In this document: positions 17,003-25,834 of the stretch, piece by piece
Numbering within the stretch: the first letter of the stretch is position 1
How the letters are laid out: every line of letters begins with the position of its first letter
From: a virus
Taxonomy: Duplodnaviria; Caudoviricetes
Length of the DNA: 58,178 bases
IMG/VR virus record: IMGVR_UViG_3300038696_000123
Span: 1 to 58,178 of that record
Direction: 5' to 3' (one strand)
Made by a program: the position numbers and the translations under genes
The notes under the pieces: generated by a model
What the model was told of the DNA's origin: nothing
Seen by the model: the letters and a program-made list of their open reading frames with translations, nothing else
The model's database searches: none

Positions 17003-19015
17003 TCACTCTGCCTCGCCCCACGAGGGGCCCACCTCAACGTCCACCCTCATGGGCACGTTGAGTTGCCGCACGTTCTCCATCACCAGGGCTGCCTGCTGGG
17101 CGTGCTCCCGGTTGCGCACCCCGAAGTCAACCTCATCGTGAACCTGGAGCTGTAGGGGGTAGCCCAGGCGGTCCATCTCAACCACTGCCTCCTTGGTCTG
17201 GTCAGCTGAGGAGCCCTGGATGAGGCGGTTGAACGCCTTGTGCGTCCAGTCCCACTCCCCGTTGTCCTTCAGGGGGAAGCGGCACCGCCGCCCGGAGAGG
17301 GTCCTGATGAAGCCCTGGGCCTCCGCGATGTCCTGGCAGTGGTTGGCCATCTTGCGGACAAACGGCACCCGGCGGTCAAACGTGTCGGTGAGCTCCTGTC
17401 CCTCCGGCCCGGCAGCCTCCCAGTGTCGGACCTTGTAGCCTGCCTTGCGCCCGGCCTCTGCCTTCTCAATGACATCCTCCCGGGTGGCGAAGTCCTTGAA
17501 GTGTCTCCGCCTCCCGTCCTGCCAAGACAGCCGCCAGCAGGTGGGCAGCCCAAGGTCCCGACAGAGCTTGGCCCCGCCCATCCCGTAGGACAGCCCCAGG
17601 AAGATGTTTTTGGCAGGCTTGCGCTCAATCCCGGCCATGTCAGCCATCATCTGGTGGAAGTCGGTGCTGGGGTCCTCCCGGTAGCGCCTTGCCGCCTCCA
17701 GGGCTGCCTCGTGCGCTGCCGCCCCGATCTGGGCCGGGCCTGCCTCAACTGCGAAGTGGACGGCCTGGCGGGGCTCCTGCTGGGAGTAGTCAAGGGACGC
17801 CCAAACAAGGCCCTCATCCGGCTCATATATGGAGCGCCACATGGGGCCAATCTCCGGGTCCCGGGCAGGCTGGTTCTGGAAGTTGAAGTTGGCTGAGGAC
17901 AGGCGGCCATAGGCTGCGCCCTCGCTGTCCCCGCTCCCGTCATCCTTCTCCCGGCGGAGCTGGTTGAAGGTACAGTGCGCCCTCCCGTTGGTCAGGTGCT
18001 TCTGGACGCTCTCGACAAACGTGGACCGCAGCGTGGCCATCTTCTTGGCCCGGCGGAGGTGGTCCCCTATCGGGTGGGCGAGGCCGTCCAGCACAGCCGC
18101 AGTGACGCTGTCCTTGCCGCTCTTTGCTGTCTTAGGCAGGTCCACCCCGAGCCCCCGGAGGATGAGGGCCAGCGCCCCCGTGTTGGTGATGTCGCCCAGG
18201 GCGAGGCGGTGGCCTGTGGGCGTGAACTCGTTGGCCGCGTCAATTGCGATCTGCTGCTGCTCCCGGGCCCAGACGTCAACCTGCGCCAGGCGGTCCTCGT
18301 TGACCTTCACGCCCCTCCTCCGCATCTTCACGAGGACGGGCAGCACCCGGCTCTCCAGGTTGTAGACCTCCCACAAGTCCTGCTCCTCAATCTCCCGCTC
18401 CTGTCGCCGGAGGAGGGTCAGGGGGAGCCGGGCGTCATGCTCAGCGTAGGGTCCCACGAACTTGCTGTGGAGGGACCAGAGGCCCCCCTTGGCTGACCGG
18501 CCCTTGTAGCCGTAGGCAGCCAGCGCCTCCATGAGCAGACCCTCATCCTTCCCGGGGATGCCCCGGCGCTCACTGATGGACGCCAGGCTGTAGCTCATGT
18601 GGAGCTCATTGATCAGCGGGTCAGCCACCTGGACATCCCGGAACCACTCCACCCCGGGGAACTCAACACCCTCCTCAGCAAGGAAGTCCAGGTCATAGCC
18701 CAGGTTGGCCCCGCACAGCGAGCCGGGGAACTTCTTGGCCATGTCCCGGATGTACCGGATGACCTGCTGCGGGTCCATGTTGCCCCCGTCCCCGTGCCTC
18801 ATGGGAAGGTAGAAGCCGGGGCCGTCCTCAATCGCAAAGCTGATGCCCGCGATGAAGCCGCCCCGGCGGACGCCCGGACCCATCTTGGTCAGGTAGTCAT
18901 CCCGGGTCTCAGTGTCCAGCCCAACCCGGCCCCGGCCCCAGTCCGTGGGGAGGTCGGCCATTGAGGGAGGGGTCCAGGAGCTGTCAGGGGTGAACAGGGG
19001 CAATTGTGCGTGCAA
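17003..19015 (-). CDS. polA: Family A DNA polymerase with 3'-5' exonuclease
   Basis: DTET ExoI; DYSQQEPR motif A; KNIFLGLSYG motif B; QVHDE motif C. Confidence 0.95.
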   Translation of the reverse strand: MHAQLPLFTPDSSWTPPSMADLPTDWGRGRVGLDTETRDDYLTKMGPGVRRGGFIAGISFAIEDGPGFYLPMRHGDGGNMDPQQVIRYIRDMAKKFPGSLCGANLGYDLDFLAEEGVEFPGVEWFRDVQVADPLINELHMSYSLASISERRGIPGKDEGLLMEALAAYGYKGRSAKGGLWSLHSKFVGPYAEHDARLPLTLLRRQEREIEEQDLWEVYNLESRVLPVLVKMRRRGVKVNEDRLAQVDVWAREQQQIAIDAANEFTPTGHRLALGDITNTGALALILRGLGVDLPKTAKSGKDSVTAAVLDGLAHPIGDHLRRAKKMATLRSTFVESVQKHLTNGRAHCTFNQLRREKDDGSGDSEGAAYGRLSSANFNFQNQPARDPEIGPMWRSIYEPDEGLVWASLDYSQQEPRQAVHFAVEAGPAQIGAAAHEAALEAARRYREDPSTDFHQMMADMAGIERKPAKNIFLGLSYGMGGAKLCRDLGLPTCWRLSWQDGRRRHFKDFATREDVIEKAEAGRKAGYKVRHWEAAGPEGQELTDTFDRRVPFVRKMANHCQDIAEAQGFIRTLSGRRCRFPLKDNGEWDWTHKAFNRLIQGSSADQTKEAVVEMDRLGYPLQLQVHDEVDFGVRNREHAQQAALVMENVRQLNVPMRVDVEVGPSWGEAE

Positions 19016-19277
19016 TGCGGGCCTCCAGCTTCTTCACTCTCTTGTCGTCCAGGTCAGTCACCCGCTTGCGGGCGTGCCTCACTGTCGTGCGGTCCCGCCC
19101 GAAGTACCTGCCGATGGAGGTCAGGGACTGGTGCGGGAGGAGCCGGGTGGCGAGGTACATGGCGACCATCCTCGCCAGCGCAACGTCCTTGCGGCCCCGG
19201 GAGCGGGCCAGCAGCGCATGCCTCTGCTGACCGTACTCGCTCCCCACCGCCTGTAGTATGCGGTCAAGGTCATTCAC
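18984..19277 (-). CDS. Stand-alone DnaA C-terminal (domain IV)-like HTH protein
   Basis: SR...VALARMVAMYLA...SLTSIGRYFGRDRTTVRHA matches the DnaA domain IV signature (RDHTTV-like). Confidence 0.8.
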   Translation of the reverse strand: MNDLDRILQAVGSEYGQQRHALLARSRGRKDVALARMVAMYLATRLLPHQSLTSIGRYFGRDRTTVRHARKRVTDLDDKRVKKLEARIARTIAPVHP

Positions 19278-19729
19278 TTGTTGTCCCCCTGGTATCCGAA
19301 CGGCTCCGCCTGCCCGGTCGGGTCAGGCCGTGGCGTCCGGGCGTCCTCCGCCATGACGGCGATGAGGCTGATTGCCTCCTCCAACCACTCATTCTCCCGG
19401 GTCCAGCCGTCCACAAGGGAGATGATGTGGGCCTCTGTAGCCGGTACATTTGCTGAGTCAAGGAAGCGCCGGAGCCGGTCGTCATCCGCCAGCTCCCGCT
19501 CCCCCGCCGGGACCAGCCCCGGGATGATGCCCGCGACCTTCTGGAGCTTGACCAGGTAGCTGGCTGCCTTCTCCAGGTCCTGGGCTCCGCCCTTTTGACG
19601 CCACCGGCTCACGTACTTGGTCCCGGCACTCTCCAGGTAGCCTAGGGCCGTCTCCGCACTCCAATCCCAATGCTGGTATGCCGCCGCATAGTGGGTTCCA
19701 CCCACCTGCTGTACTGCTGTCGTGTTCAT
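19274..19729 (-). CDS. DUF3310 (SaV/T7 gp1.7-like) protein, possible nucleotide kinase
   Basis: QVGGTHY, KYVSRWRQKGG and DLEKA motifs. Confidence 0.75.
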   Translation of the reverse strand: MNTTAVQQVGGTHYAAAYQHWDWSAETALGYLESAGTKYVSRWRQKGGAQDLEKAASYLVKLQKVAGIIPGLVPAGERELADDDRLRRFLDSANVPATEAHIISLVDGWTRENEWLEEAISLIAVMAEDARTPRPDPTGQAEPFGYQGDNK

Positions 19730-20253
19730 TCAATCGCTCCCATCCATTTCCAGCCCTCTGCGCGGAAGTCCTGGATGAAGTCCCAGGCCTCCGGCGGGAG
19801 GGTGCCGTCAGCATTCTTCTTGTCAAATGAGGCGTCCATCTGGCGCTTCATCTCGGTAGCGGCCTGGTTGCCCATGGCCTCCTCATCCCAGCACCACAGC
19901 CAGAGGTCAAGGCTGTCTGCTGCCCGGAGCTTGGGCCAGTCCTCCCGGGACAGGGCGTGCTCATCCGGGAGCCGCAGGGAGCGCATCACGCGCCGGTCCT
20001 CCCGCTCCAGGTTCTCCCCGATCCCCAGCCGGGTGATGGACGGTGAGGGGATGTCCCCGGTGCTCACCTCGGGGATGTCGTGGAACAGGGCGAAGTCCAG
20101 CAGGTCCCGGTCATCTGGCCAGAGGAGCCGGAGGATCACGCAGACGCCCCAGGAGTGTTGACTGTTGAGGTACGGCTCTGCCTTGGGCCACTGGTGACAC
20201 CTTGCGATCCGTCCGGCCTGGCGGACGTGTCTGATGCGGTCAGTCCTGTTCAT
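19726..20253 (-). CDS. HD-domain phosphohydrolase (YfbR-like 5'-deoxynucleotidase)
   Basis: R.H, QHSW, ALFHDIPE..TGD and AADSLD motifs. Confidence 0.8.
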   Translation of the reverse strand: MNRTDRIRHVRQAGRIARCHQWPKAEPYLNSQHSWGVCVILRLLWPDDRDLLDFALFHDIPEVSTGDIPSPSITRLGIGENLEREDRRVMRSLRLPDEHALSREDWPKLRAADSLDLWLWCWDEEAMGNQAATEMKRQMDASFDKKNADGTLPPEAWDFIQDFRAEGWKWMGAIE

Positions 20254-21334
20254 CGGCTGCCTCCCGGCGCTTGCGCTCTGCGGCAGCCTCGCGGTTGTCG
20301 AGCCAGAGCTCAGCCCCCAGCCTCCAGTCAAGGTCCCCGGGCATCTGACCCAACACCTCCCGGGCTGCTGCTGCCCCGTCCTGCTTGTAGGCGCGGTGGG
20401 TCATCACCATCGGGCACGCGACCTTGCGCAGGAAGCGGGACCGGATGCCGATGCGGGCCGGGTCGTCAATGAACATCTCCACGTCATCCGTGAACTCCTC
20501 CAGCCGGAAGGAGGGGTCAAACATCGGTGATGTCGTGGCTGTCCCGGAGGTGTAGGGGTCATCCCGGAGGCTGACCAGGCCCACGCCCCCGTCATAGGCG
20601 TCATTGTCGGTCCCCCACGGCCACTCCTCCCCGGCCTTCCCCATTGTGGAGAGGTATCCATGAAAGTTGTTGCTCACCTGGTAGTACCGCCCAACGGGGA
20701 CGCCAACGCCAGCGGCGATGACCTCCTGGAGGGCGCTGAAGTGTACCGCGTTTGCCCCGTAGGCACCCCAGACCATGTCGTTGGAGCGGTTGTACACCGT
20801 GAGGTTGAGCCGCCCATCCGTGCCCACAGAGGGCAGGGCAGAGAGGTTGCAGGGGATGTCCCTGCCCCCGTGGTCCGCCGCGTCCTGGTCCACGTCCACG
20901 TCATACATCTGGATGACCACGCGCCGGTCGTTGGGGTCAGCCTTCAGCCGCCGGATGGCCCAGGCGAGCTGGTCACGGTCGTCATCCCCGTTGACGTCAA
21001 AGTGCCGCCGCCAGCGGTGGCCGTAGGCCCCGGGCTGGGTGACGCCCCCGTCATCGCTGAAGTTGGCCATGTTCTTCACAAACGGGAGGAGCGGGGCGAG
21101 GTCGTTGCGCCCTGCCAACATCCACAGGCTCTCAAAGAGGTGGAAGAAGGGGTTGGCATCCCGCCCCGGGTGTAGCATGACGCGCTCCTCTGGGCGCTCA
21201 TAGACGGTCGTGACCGGGTGGGGGGCGAGGAGGACCGGGCCGTTGCGGCTCTCCCTCCCCACCCCGTCCCTGCGCAGGAGCGAGGCCCCCGCAAACAGGG
21301 CATAGTTGACGTTGCGTGCGCCGATGGTGATCAT
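20240..21334 (-). CDS. Thymidylate synthase superfamily enzyme, probably dUMP hydroxymethyltransferase
   Basis: RRVV, DIPCN, YNRSNDMVWG..AN and NNFH.Y motifs; located in the hypermodification cluster. Confidence 0.88.
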   Translation of the reverse strand: MITIGARNVNYALFAGASLLRRDGVGRESRNGPVLLAPHPVTTVYERPEERVMLHPGRDANPFFHLFESLWMLAGRNDLAPLLPFVKNMANFSDDGGVTQPGAYGHRWRRHFDVNGDDDRDQLAWAIRRLKADPNDRRVVIQMYDVDVDQDAADHGGRDIPCNLSALPSVGTDGRLNLTVYNRSNDMVWGAYGANAVHFSALQEVIAAGVGVPVGRYYQVSNNFHGYLSTMGKAGEEWPWGTDNDAYDGGVGLVSLRDDPYTSGTATTSPMFDPSFRLEEFTDDVEMFIDDPARIGIRSRFLRKVACPMVMTHRAYKQDGAAAAREVLGQMPGDLDWRLGAELWLDNREAAAERKRREAADEQD

Positions 21335-21504
21335 GTGCGGACCTTCCCAGACATTATTGCGGTGGTGCCCCGGAGGAGGACCTTGACGGGGAGCCGGGCC
21401 TGGGCCCGGAGGAACTCCATGCGCCTCTGGAACTCCGCCCAGACACGCGCCTCCTCCCGGACGGCCTCAGCGGCCTCCGGGCTCATTTCTTCTTCAACCT
21501 TCAC
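21331..21504 (-). CDS. Small hypothetical protein (~57 aa)
   Basis: Hand translation fills the gap with GTGA/ATGA overlaps. Confidence 0.45.
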   Translation of the reverse strand: MKVEEEMSPEAAEAVREEARVWAEFQRRMEFLRAQARLPVKVLLRGTTAIMSGKVRT

Positions 21505-22187
21505 GCCACGGTCCCCCCTGCCACTTCCTCGGGCTGGGCCTCACTCGGGGGCAGCCCGAGCTTGGCGTTGAGCTCCGCCCGGGGGATGGCCGGGAGGATA
21601 GCCTTGCGCTCACCATGGTCGATGTAGTGCTTGGCGAACTCCTCAACCTCGGGCCAGACTTCAATGAGCTTGGGAACAGTCGTGACGCTCGCCATCGCAG
21701 TCGATGTCGTCCGGGAGGCGCGGCTGATCTCTGTCTCCAGGTCCTCCTGGGCACCCTTGATTGCCGTGAACTCCTCGGCAATCGGGGTACCTGCCTCATA
21801 CTGCTTCAGGCACTGGCCCCGGAGCTTGGCCGGGAACGGGAGGTGGGGACGGTTGAAGGAGCCCGGCACAGAGCCCTCCAGGTCGTCAACCTCCTTTGCC
21901 CCAGTCTCCCGGAGGGTGGTGGTAAGGCAACCGTTGCCCATGGAGCCGTTGAAGCAGAGGCGCTCCATGTCCCCGCCCACGTACACTTTGAGGTCGTCAC
22001 CACCCGGGAGCCAGCCCGGCGGGATGGCCCGGATTGCCTCCAGGTGGGTTGCCAGGGCGTCCTCATAGACGCGCACGGCAAACTCAGAGCAGCGCTGGAC
22101 GTGTGCCTGGGCACGCTCCTGGAACGCCCTCTGGAGGAGCTTCTTCAGCAGCGCCTCACGGATTGATTTGGTCAGTCGGGATGCCAT
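21501..22187 (-). CDS. Nmad5-like nucleotide-modification-associated protein
   Basis: MASRLTKSIRE N-terminus; SVTTVPKLIEVWPE...LPA...LNAKLGLP C-terminus. Confidence 0.75.
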   Translation of the reverse strand: MASRLTKSIREALLKKLLQRAFQERAQAHVQRCSEFAVRVYEDALATHLEAIRAIPPGWLPGGDDLKVYVGGDMERLCFNGSMGNGCLTTTLRETGAKEVDDLEGSVPGSFNRPHLPFPAKLRGQCLKQYEAGTPIAEEFTAIKGAQEDLETEISRASRTTSTAMASVTTVPKLIEVWPEVEEFAKHYIDHGERKAILPAIPRAELNAKLGLPPSEAQPEEVAGGTVA

Positions 22188-22203
22188 GATGTTTCTCCTT
22201 TTC

Positions 22204-23217
22204 TCAGCTTCCACGGCCCGGCACGTACATCGCCCGGGGCCTTCCCTCCCCGGAGCGAGCCCGGAGCAGTTTGTCAGTCTCGCACAGCGCGTTCTGGATG
22301 TCGGACAGCTCAATGCGGGGGACCCAGGGAGCCCTCCAGCGGTCCTGCTCCCCCCACAGGGTGAGCATCTCCTCCAGCCCCTGGGCCTGTTTCAGGGGGT
22401 AGTCCACGGGACGCCCGGAGAGGCGGTTGAGGCCCCGGCGGGAGCCCGGCCCGAGGGCTGCCCACGTGTTGATGTCCGGGGCGTCCCGGAGGTAGCGGCT
22501 GTGGCGCAGGTCCACCACCACCTGGTACGCCATGAACGGCCCCCAGCCGATGAAATGCTTGTCCTGGAACATCTCCCAGACCTCCTGCATGGAGAGGGTC
22601 TGCCCGGGGGCAACGTCCCAGTCCAATTCAGCTTCCCAGAGACGCCCAAGGACAATCCGGGCGATGTACTGCTGCTTGGTCCAGCTGTACCACTCCGCCT
22701 TGGGGTTGCTCTCCGCCCGGATCATGTAGGCCCCGGTGTAGACCTTGGCCCCGGTCGCGCTCCAGTGGTCCAGGGCGTTGCCCAGGGCCTCGGGGGAGAA
22801 GGCGAAGTGCGGCAGGCCCTGTCCCTCGTTGTTGGGCCAGGCGTTGAAGTCGCACTTGACCTCGCCCCGGTTCATGAGCCACTGGAGGGTTGGCGGCCAG
22901 TTGATGTACCGGGCGATGGCCAGCATCATCCAGAGGTCCGGGTGGTCTGCGTAGGGGACCTGGATGTTGCGGTGGATCCACTGCGTCACCCGGTCCAGCT
23001 CCCGGAACACGTTGCAGAAGCGGTACTTCTGGAGCACCGGGTCATCGGTCAACGGGCCGTCCGGGCGGGCAGCAAAGTGGTTGGGGTCGCTCTCCTCCAG
23101 GTCGCATTCCTGCGGCACCCAGAGGTCCGCCGGGTCCGCCCCGGCCCGAAGCTCCTTGCGGATGTAGATGGCGTGGCGCTCGTTCACAAAACTCCAGAAA
23201 GGTTCAATGTTCATCAC
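22204..23217 (-). CDS. Amino acid:DNA transferase, aGPT-Pplase1 family
   Basis: ERHAIY, DPVLQKYRFCNVFRELDR, GPFMAYQVVVDL, GPGSRRGL and QNALCETDK motifs. Confidence 0.88.
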   Translation of the reverse strand: MMNIEPFWSFVNERHAIYIRKELRAGADPADLWVPQECDLEESDPNHFAARPDGPLTDDPVLQKYRFCNVFRELDRVTQWIHRNIQVPYADHPDLWMMLAIARYINWPPTLQWLMNRGEVKCDFNAWPNNEGQGLPHFAFSPEALGNALDHWSATGAKVYTGAYMIRAESNPKAEWYSWTKQQYIARIVLGRLWEAELDWDVAPGQTLSMQEVWEMFQDKHFIGWGPFMAYQVVVDLRHSRYLRDAPDINTWAALGPGSRRGLNRLSGRPVDYPLKQAQGLEEMLTLWGEQDRWRAPWVPRIELSDIQNALCETDKLLRARSGEGRPRAMYVPGRGS

Positions 23218-23822
23218 GCTCCCTCCATCTCGTCAATCGTGTCCCAGAGGTCCTCAACGGCCCGGTCGTGGCGGAGCAGGACTGTGGGGATGCCTGCGAA
23301 CTCCATCTTGGAGCGGGTCGCCTTGATGGACTTGATCTTGTCGGCAACCAGGTCCTCCTTGATCTCCCGCTCGCCCCGGTCGGTGGCACGCTGGCGCTCC
23401 CGGATGCGCTCCAGGCACAGCTCCAGCGGGGTGTCGAGGTAGGCCACGAGGACGCGGTGCGCACCCTCGCTCTGGACGGCCTTGAAGAACTCCAGCCAGG
23501 AGCCTGCCACCGTGGAGGCCAAGACGCCCTCGCAGATGACGTGTCGGGGCGAGCCGGGCAGCCGGGTTGCGGCCATGACGGCCTGCTGCTGTAGGTCAAA
23601 CGTCTTGATGGTGTCCATCCCGCCGCAGCCGGTGCTGTACTTGCCCACGGCCAGGTATCCGCCCGGGGTCCCCCAGCCCTCAACAGAGCTGCGCCGCCCC
23701 GGGTCGCGCTTGGTGGGGTTGTCGTACCAGACCAGGTCAACCGGCTGGGCCTGCGGCGTTATGAGCTCCCGGGCCAGCGTGGTCTTGCCGCTGCCGTTGG
23801 TCCCCCTGATGTTGATAATCAT
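23214..23822 (-). CDS. 5-hmdU DNA kinase (P-loop)
   Basis: IRGTNGSGKTT, GKY..GCGGMDT, ICEG and DTPLELCLERI.ER motifs. Confidence 0.85.
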   Translation of the reverse strand: MIINIRGTNGSGKTTLARELITPQAQPVDLVWYDNPTKRDPGRRSSVEGWGTPGGYLAVGKYSTGCGGMDTIKTFDLQQQAVMAATRLPGSPRHVICEGVLASTVAGSWLEFFKAVQSEGAHRVLVAYLDTPLELCLERIRERQRATDRGEREIKEDLVADKIKSIKATRSKMEFAGIPTVLLRHDRAVEDLWDTIDEMEGA

Positions 23823-23992
23823 GTCGGCTCCTCCAGGTGTTCTGCGTTGAAGGCGTCCCGGAACTCAGCCCAGTCAGCCTCGGACATCACCAGGGTGCCG
23901 ATGCCGGCAAACGTCTGGCGGGGGTTGGGGGCGCTGAACACGCGCACGTGGTAGTGCGCCCCCTTCTTGACGTATCGCGTGCGGAACACCAT
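23819..23992 (-). CDS. Small hypothetical protein (57 aa)
   Basis: Hand translation MVFRTRYVKKGAHYHVRVFSAPNPRQTFAGIGTLVMSEADWAEFRDAF...; coupled at both ends. Confidence 0.6.
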   Translation of the reverse strand: MVFRTRYVKKGAHYHVRVFSAPNPRQTFAGIGTLVMSEADWAEFRDAFNAEHLEEPT

Positions 23993-24198
23993 CAGCCCAC
24001 CCTCTCCCGGGTCATGCGTGTGAGGTCCATGCGGCGCTCATTCCAGTCCATCCAGGGCCTGATTCGGTCCTTCCAATGGGTGTGGGTCTCATACTCCTTC
24101 CAGGCTGCTGTTGACGAGTTCAACGCAGCCTTGAAGCGCTCCTCCGGTGTCTGGGGAGGGGTTTCGGGCTTGCGCCGGAACCATCCGAAAAGTCTCAT
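23992..24198 (-). CDS. Hypothetical protein
   Basis: AGAAATGGAG RBS. Confidence 0.6.
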   Translation of the reverse strand: MRLFGWFRRKPETPPQTPEERFKAALNSSTAAWKEYETHTHWKDRIRPWMDWNERRMDLTRMTRERVG

Positions 24199-24233
24199 CT
24201 TGGTGCTCCATTTCTGTGAGTGTCCGCCCCCGG

Positions 24234-24262
24234 AGCCTATCCCCGGGGACGGGGCCGGTCAA
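24234..24262 (-). promoter_or_regulatory. Sigma70-like promoter
   Basis: TTGACC-N17-TAGGCT. Confidence 0.6.
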
Positions 24263-25113
24263 GCGGCAGGCGTTGGGTAGCAGCTGAGCAGCTCATGTCC
24301 GCCCCACAGCTCCAGCTCCCGCCGATGGTGGGTGGTGTCCTTCCCGATCCAGTAGTGGCCGTTGCGGGCTGACTTCCACTTGCACAGGACAGTCTCAACC
24401 TCCTGGACGTTCACCTTGCGGTCCCCAGCCGGTGGGGCGTCCTGCCCCGCGTATGCGCTCAGGAGGTGCTCGGTGACGCCCTGTGGGGAGAGGTCCCCGA
24501 GGAGCTGCCCAGCCATCTCTGCGCCCTTCCTCGGGTCGCGGTACATGGAGGTGATCGTGGTGGGGAAGTCAACCGGGACGCCCAACACACGGTCAAGCAT
24601 GTCCGCTGCCTTGAAGGCAATCCACGGCCCGAACTGCGGCCAGCTGGTGACCTCCAGCTCAACGGCCCGGAGGTTGAGCTGCCCCGGGAGGTCCTCCAGG
24701 CTCATCACTGCGTCCTCGGGGCGGGGGAAGCGCTCCCGGAGCCAGGCCACGCTGTCAACGCACTTCTGGCCGCGCCAGTGGCGACGCTCTGCCGCCCTGG
24801 GCCACCGCTCCGCCGGGGCAACCTTCAAGGCTGCTGGGCCGGTCGCGTCCCCGTTCTCTGCCGCCACGTCAAGCCAGTCCCAGAAGCTCACGGCGCTCGT
24901 GCGGGAGGCGAGGAAGGCGCTGGCCCCCACGCTGTAGCAGCACCAGTATGCGAGCATGTAACGCCGCACCCAGTCCCGGCGCTCAGTCTGGTTCTGTCCC
25001 CCGGCCTGGATGTAGCGCCAGAGGCCGGTGTACAGGGGGTCGTGGTCGTGGGTCCTGATGAGCTCTCGCCCCCAGGCCACAGGGTCATCCAAAAGGTTCT
25101 CACCAGGTTTCAT
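24259..25113 (-). CDS. Amino acid:DNA transferase, aGPT-Pplase2 family (M6 gp51/ViI gp247-like)
   Basis: DHDPLY, AYWCCY, ERRHWRG, FGPWIAFKAADM and QEVETVLCKWKS motifs. Confidence 0.85.
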   Translation of the reverse strand: MKPGENLLDDPVAWGRELIRTHDHDPLYTGLWRYIQAGGQNQTERRDWVRRYMLAYWCCYSVGASAFLASRTSAVSFWDWLDVAAENGDATGPAALKVAPAERWPRAAERRHWRGQKCVDSVAWLRERFPRPEDAVMSLEDLPGQLNLRAVELEVTSWPQFGPWIAFKAADMLDRVLGVPVDFPTTITSMYRDPRKGAEMAGQLLGDLSPQGVTEHLLSAYAGQDAPPAGDRKVNVQEVETVLCKWKSARNGHYWIGKDTTHHRRELELWGGHELLSCYPTPAA

Positions 25114-25315
25114 CGGGCATTCCTCCGCCATCTTTTTCATCTCCATTTCTAAGGCAACCGGCGCAGGTGTGTCCCCAGCCGTCTGTGATCTTGTCAAACT
25201 TGTAACCCTCAGAAGCGGCTGCCTCCCGGGCCTCGTCAAAGTCCTCTCCCTCAACGTAATCACTGCAGTGGTCGCAGAGGATGATGACGGCCCCGTGTTC
25301 CCTTTCAATTGCCAT
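25100..25315 (-). CDS. Small zinc-ribbon protein
   Basis: CDHC...CAGC. Confidence 0.65.
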   Translation of the reverse strand: MAIEREHGAVIILCDHCSDYVEGEDFDEAREAAASEGYKFDKITDGWGHTCAGCLRNGDEKDGGGMPDETW

Positions 25316-25316
25316 C

Positions 25317-25670
25317 TCAATCCTCCTGTGAAGCTGCCCAGGAGAGGAACGCCAGCAGGGCCGGGTTGTCTCCAAGGAGCGTGATTGTCCAGGACGCGAA
25401 GAAGCTCACCATGAACTCCTCTGGGTACTGGTCGTCATCGCCACCAGGGAGCGCGTGGAGCGCCCCGATGTCGAATGCGGCGTGGAGGCACTCGTGCCAC
25501 AGCGTTTCTGCTGCCTGGCGGTGCCCCCGGGTGGTGTCCACCTTGATCTCGTTGTTGACGTGGTCACACTCACCGTACTTGCGCTCAGCCGCCGCCACCT
25601 CGGGCTGCCAGACGGTCACCCGGTAGCGCTTCCAGCCCACCTTGACGTGCTTTGGGAACGGCGGCATCAT
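25317..25670 (-). CDS. Minimal zincin-like (HExxH) protein
   Basis: YGEC...ETLWHECLHA...EE. Confidence 0.7.
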   Translation of the reverse strand: MMPPFPKHVKVGWKRYRVTVWQPEVAAAERKYGECDHVNNEIKVDTTRGHRQAAETLWHECLHAAFDIGALHALPGGDDDQYPEEFMVSFFASWTITLLGDNPALLAFLSWAASQED

Positions 25671-25834
25671 GTCGCCTCCTCGCAGCGGGCCCAGGAGCCG
25701 GGACCGGCCCTCTCAACCACTGCGTCCCCGATCTGCTGGACCCACTCGCAGCTCTCAAACTGCGGGAAGGCGCGGCTGGTCTCCTCGCAGCCCTGTGGGC
25801 CGCAGAGGAACAGGGTGAGGATGACGCCGCTCAT
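25667..25834 (-). CDS. Small Cys-containing hypothetical protein (55 aa)
   Basis: Hand translation MSGVILTLFLCGPQGCEE...; ATGA overlaps. Confidence 0.55.
   Translation of the reverse strand: MSGVILTLFLCGPQGCEETSRAFPQFESCEWVQQIGDAVVERAGPGSWARCEEAT

Noticed and set aside
20240-21334. Ordinary thymidylate synthase ThyA
   Set aside because: It is divergent, and its neighbours (hmdU-DNA kinase, transferases) favour a dUMP hydroxymethylase. Not proven.
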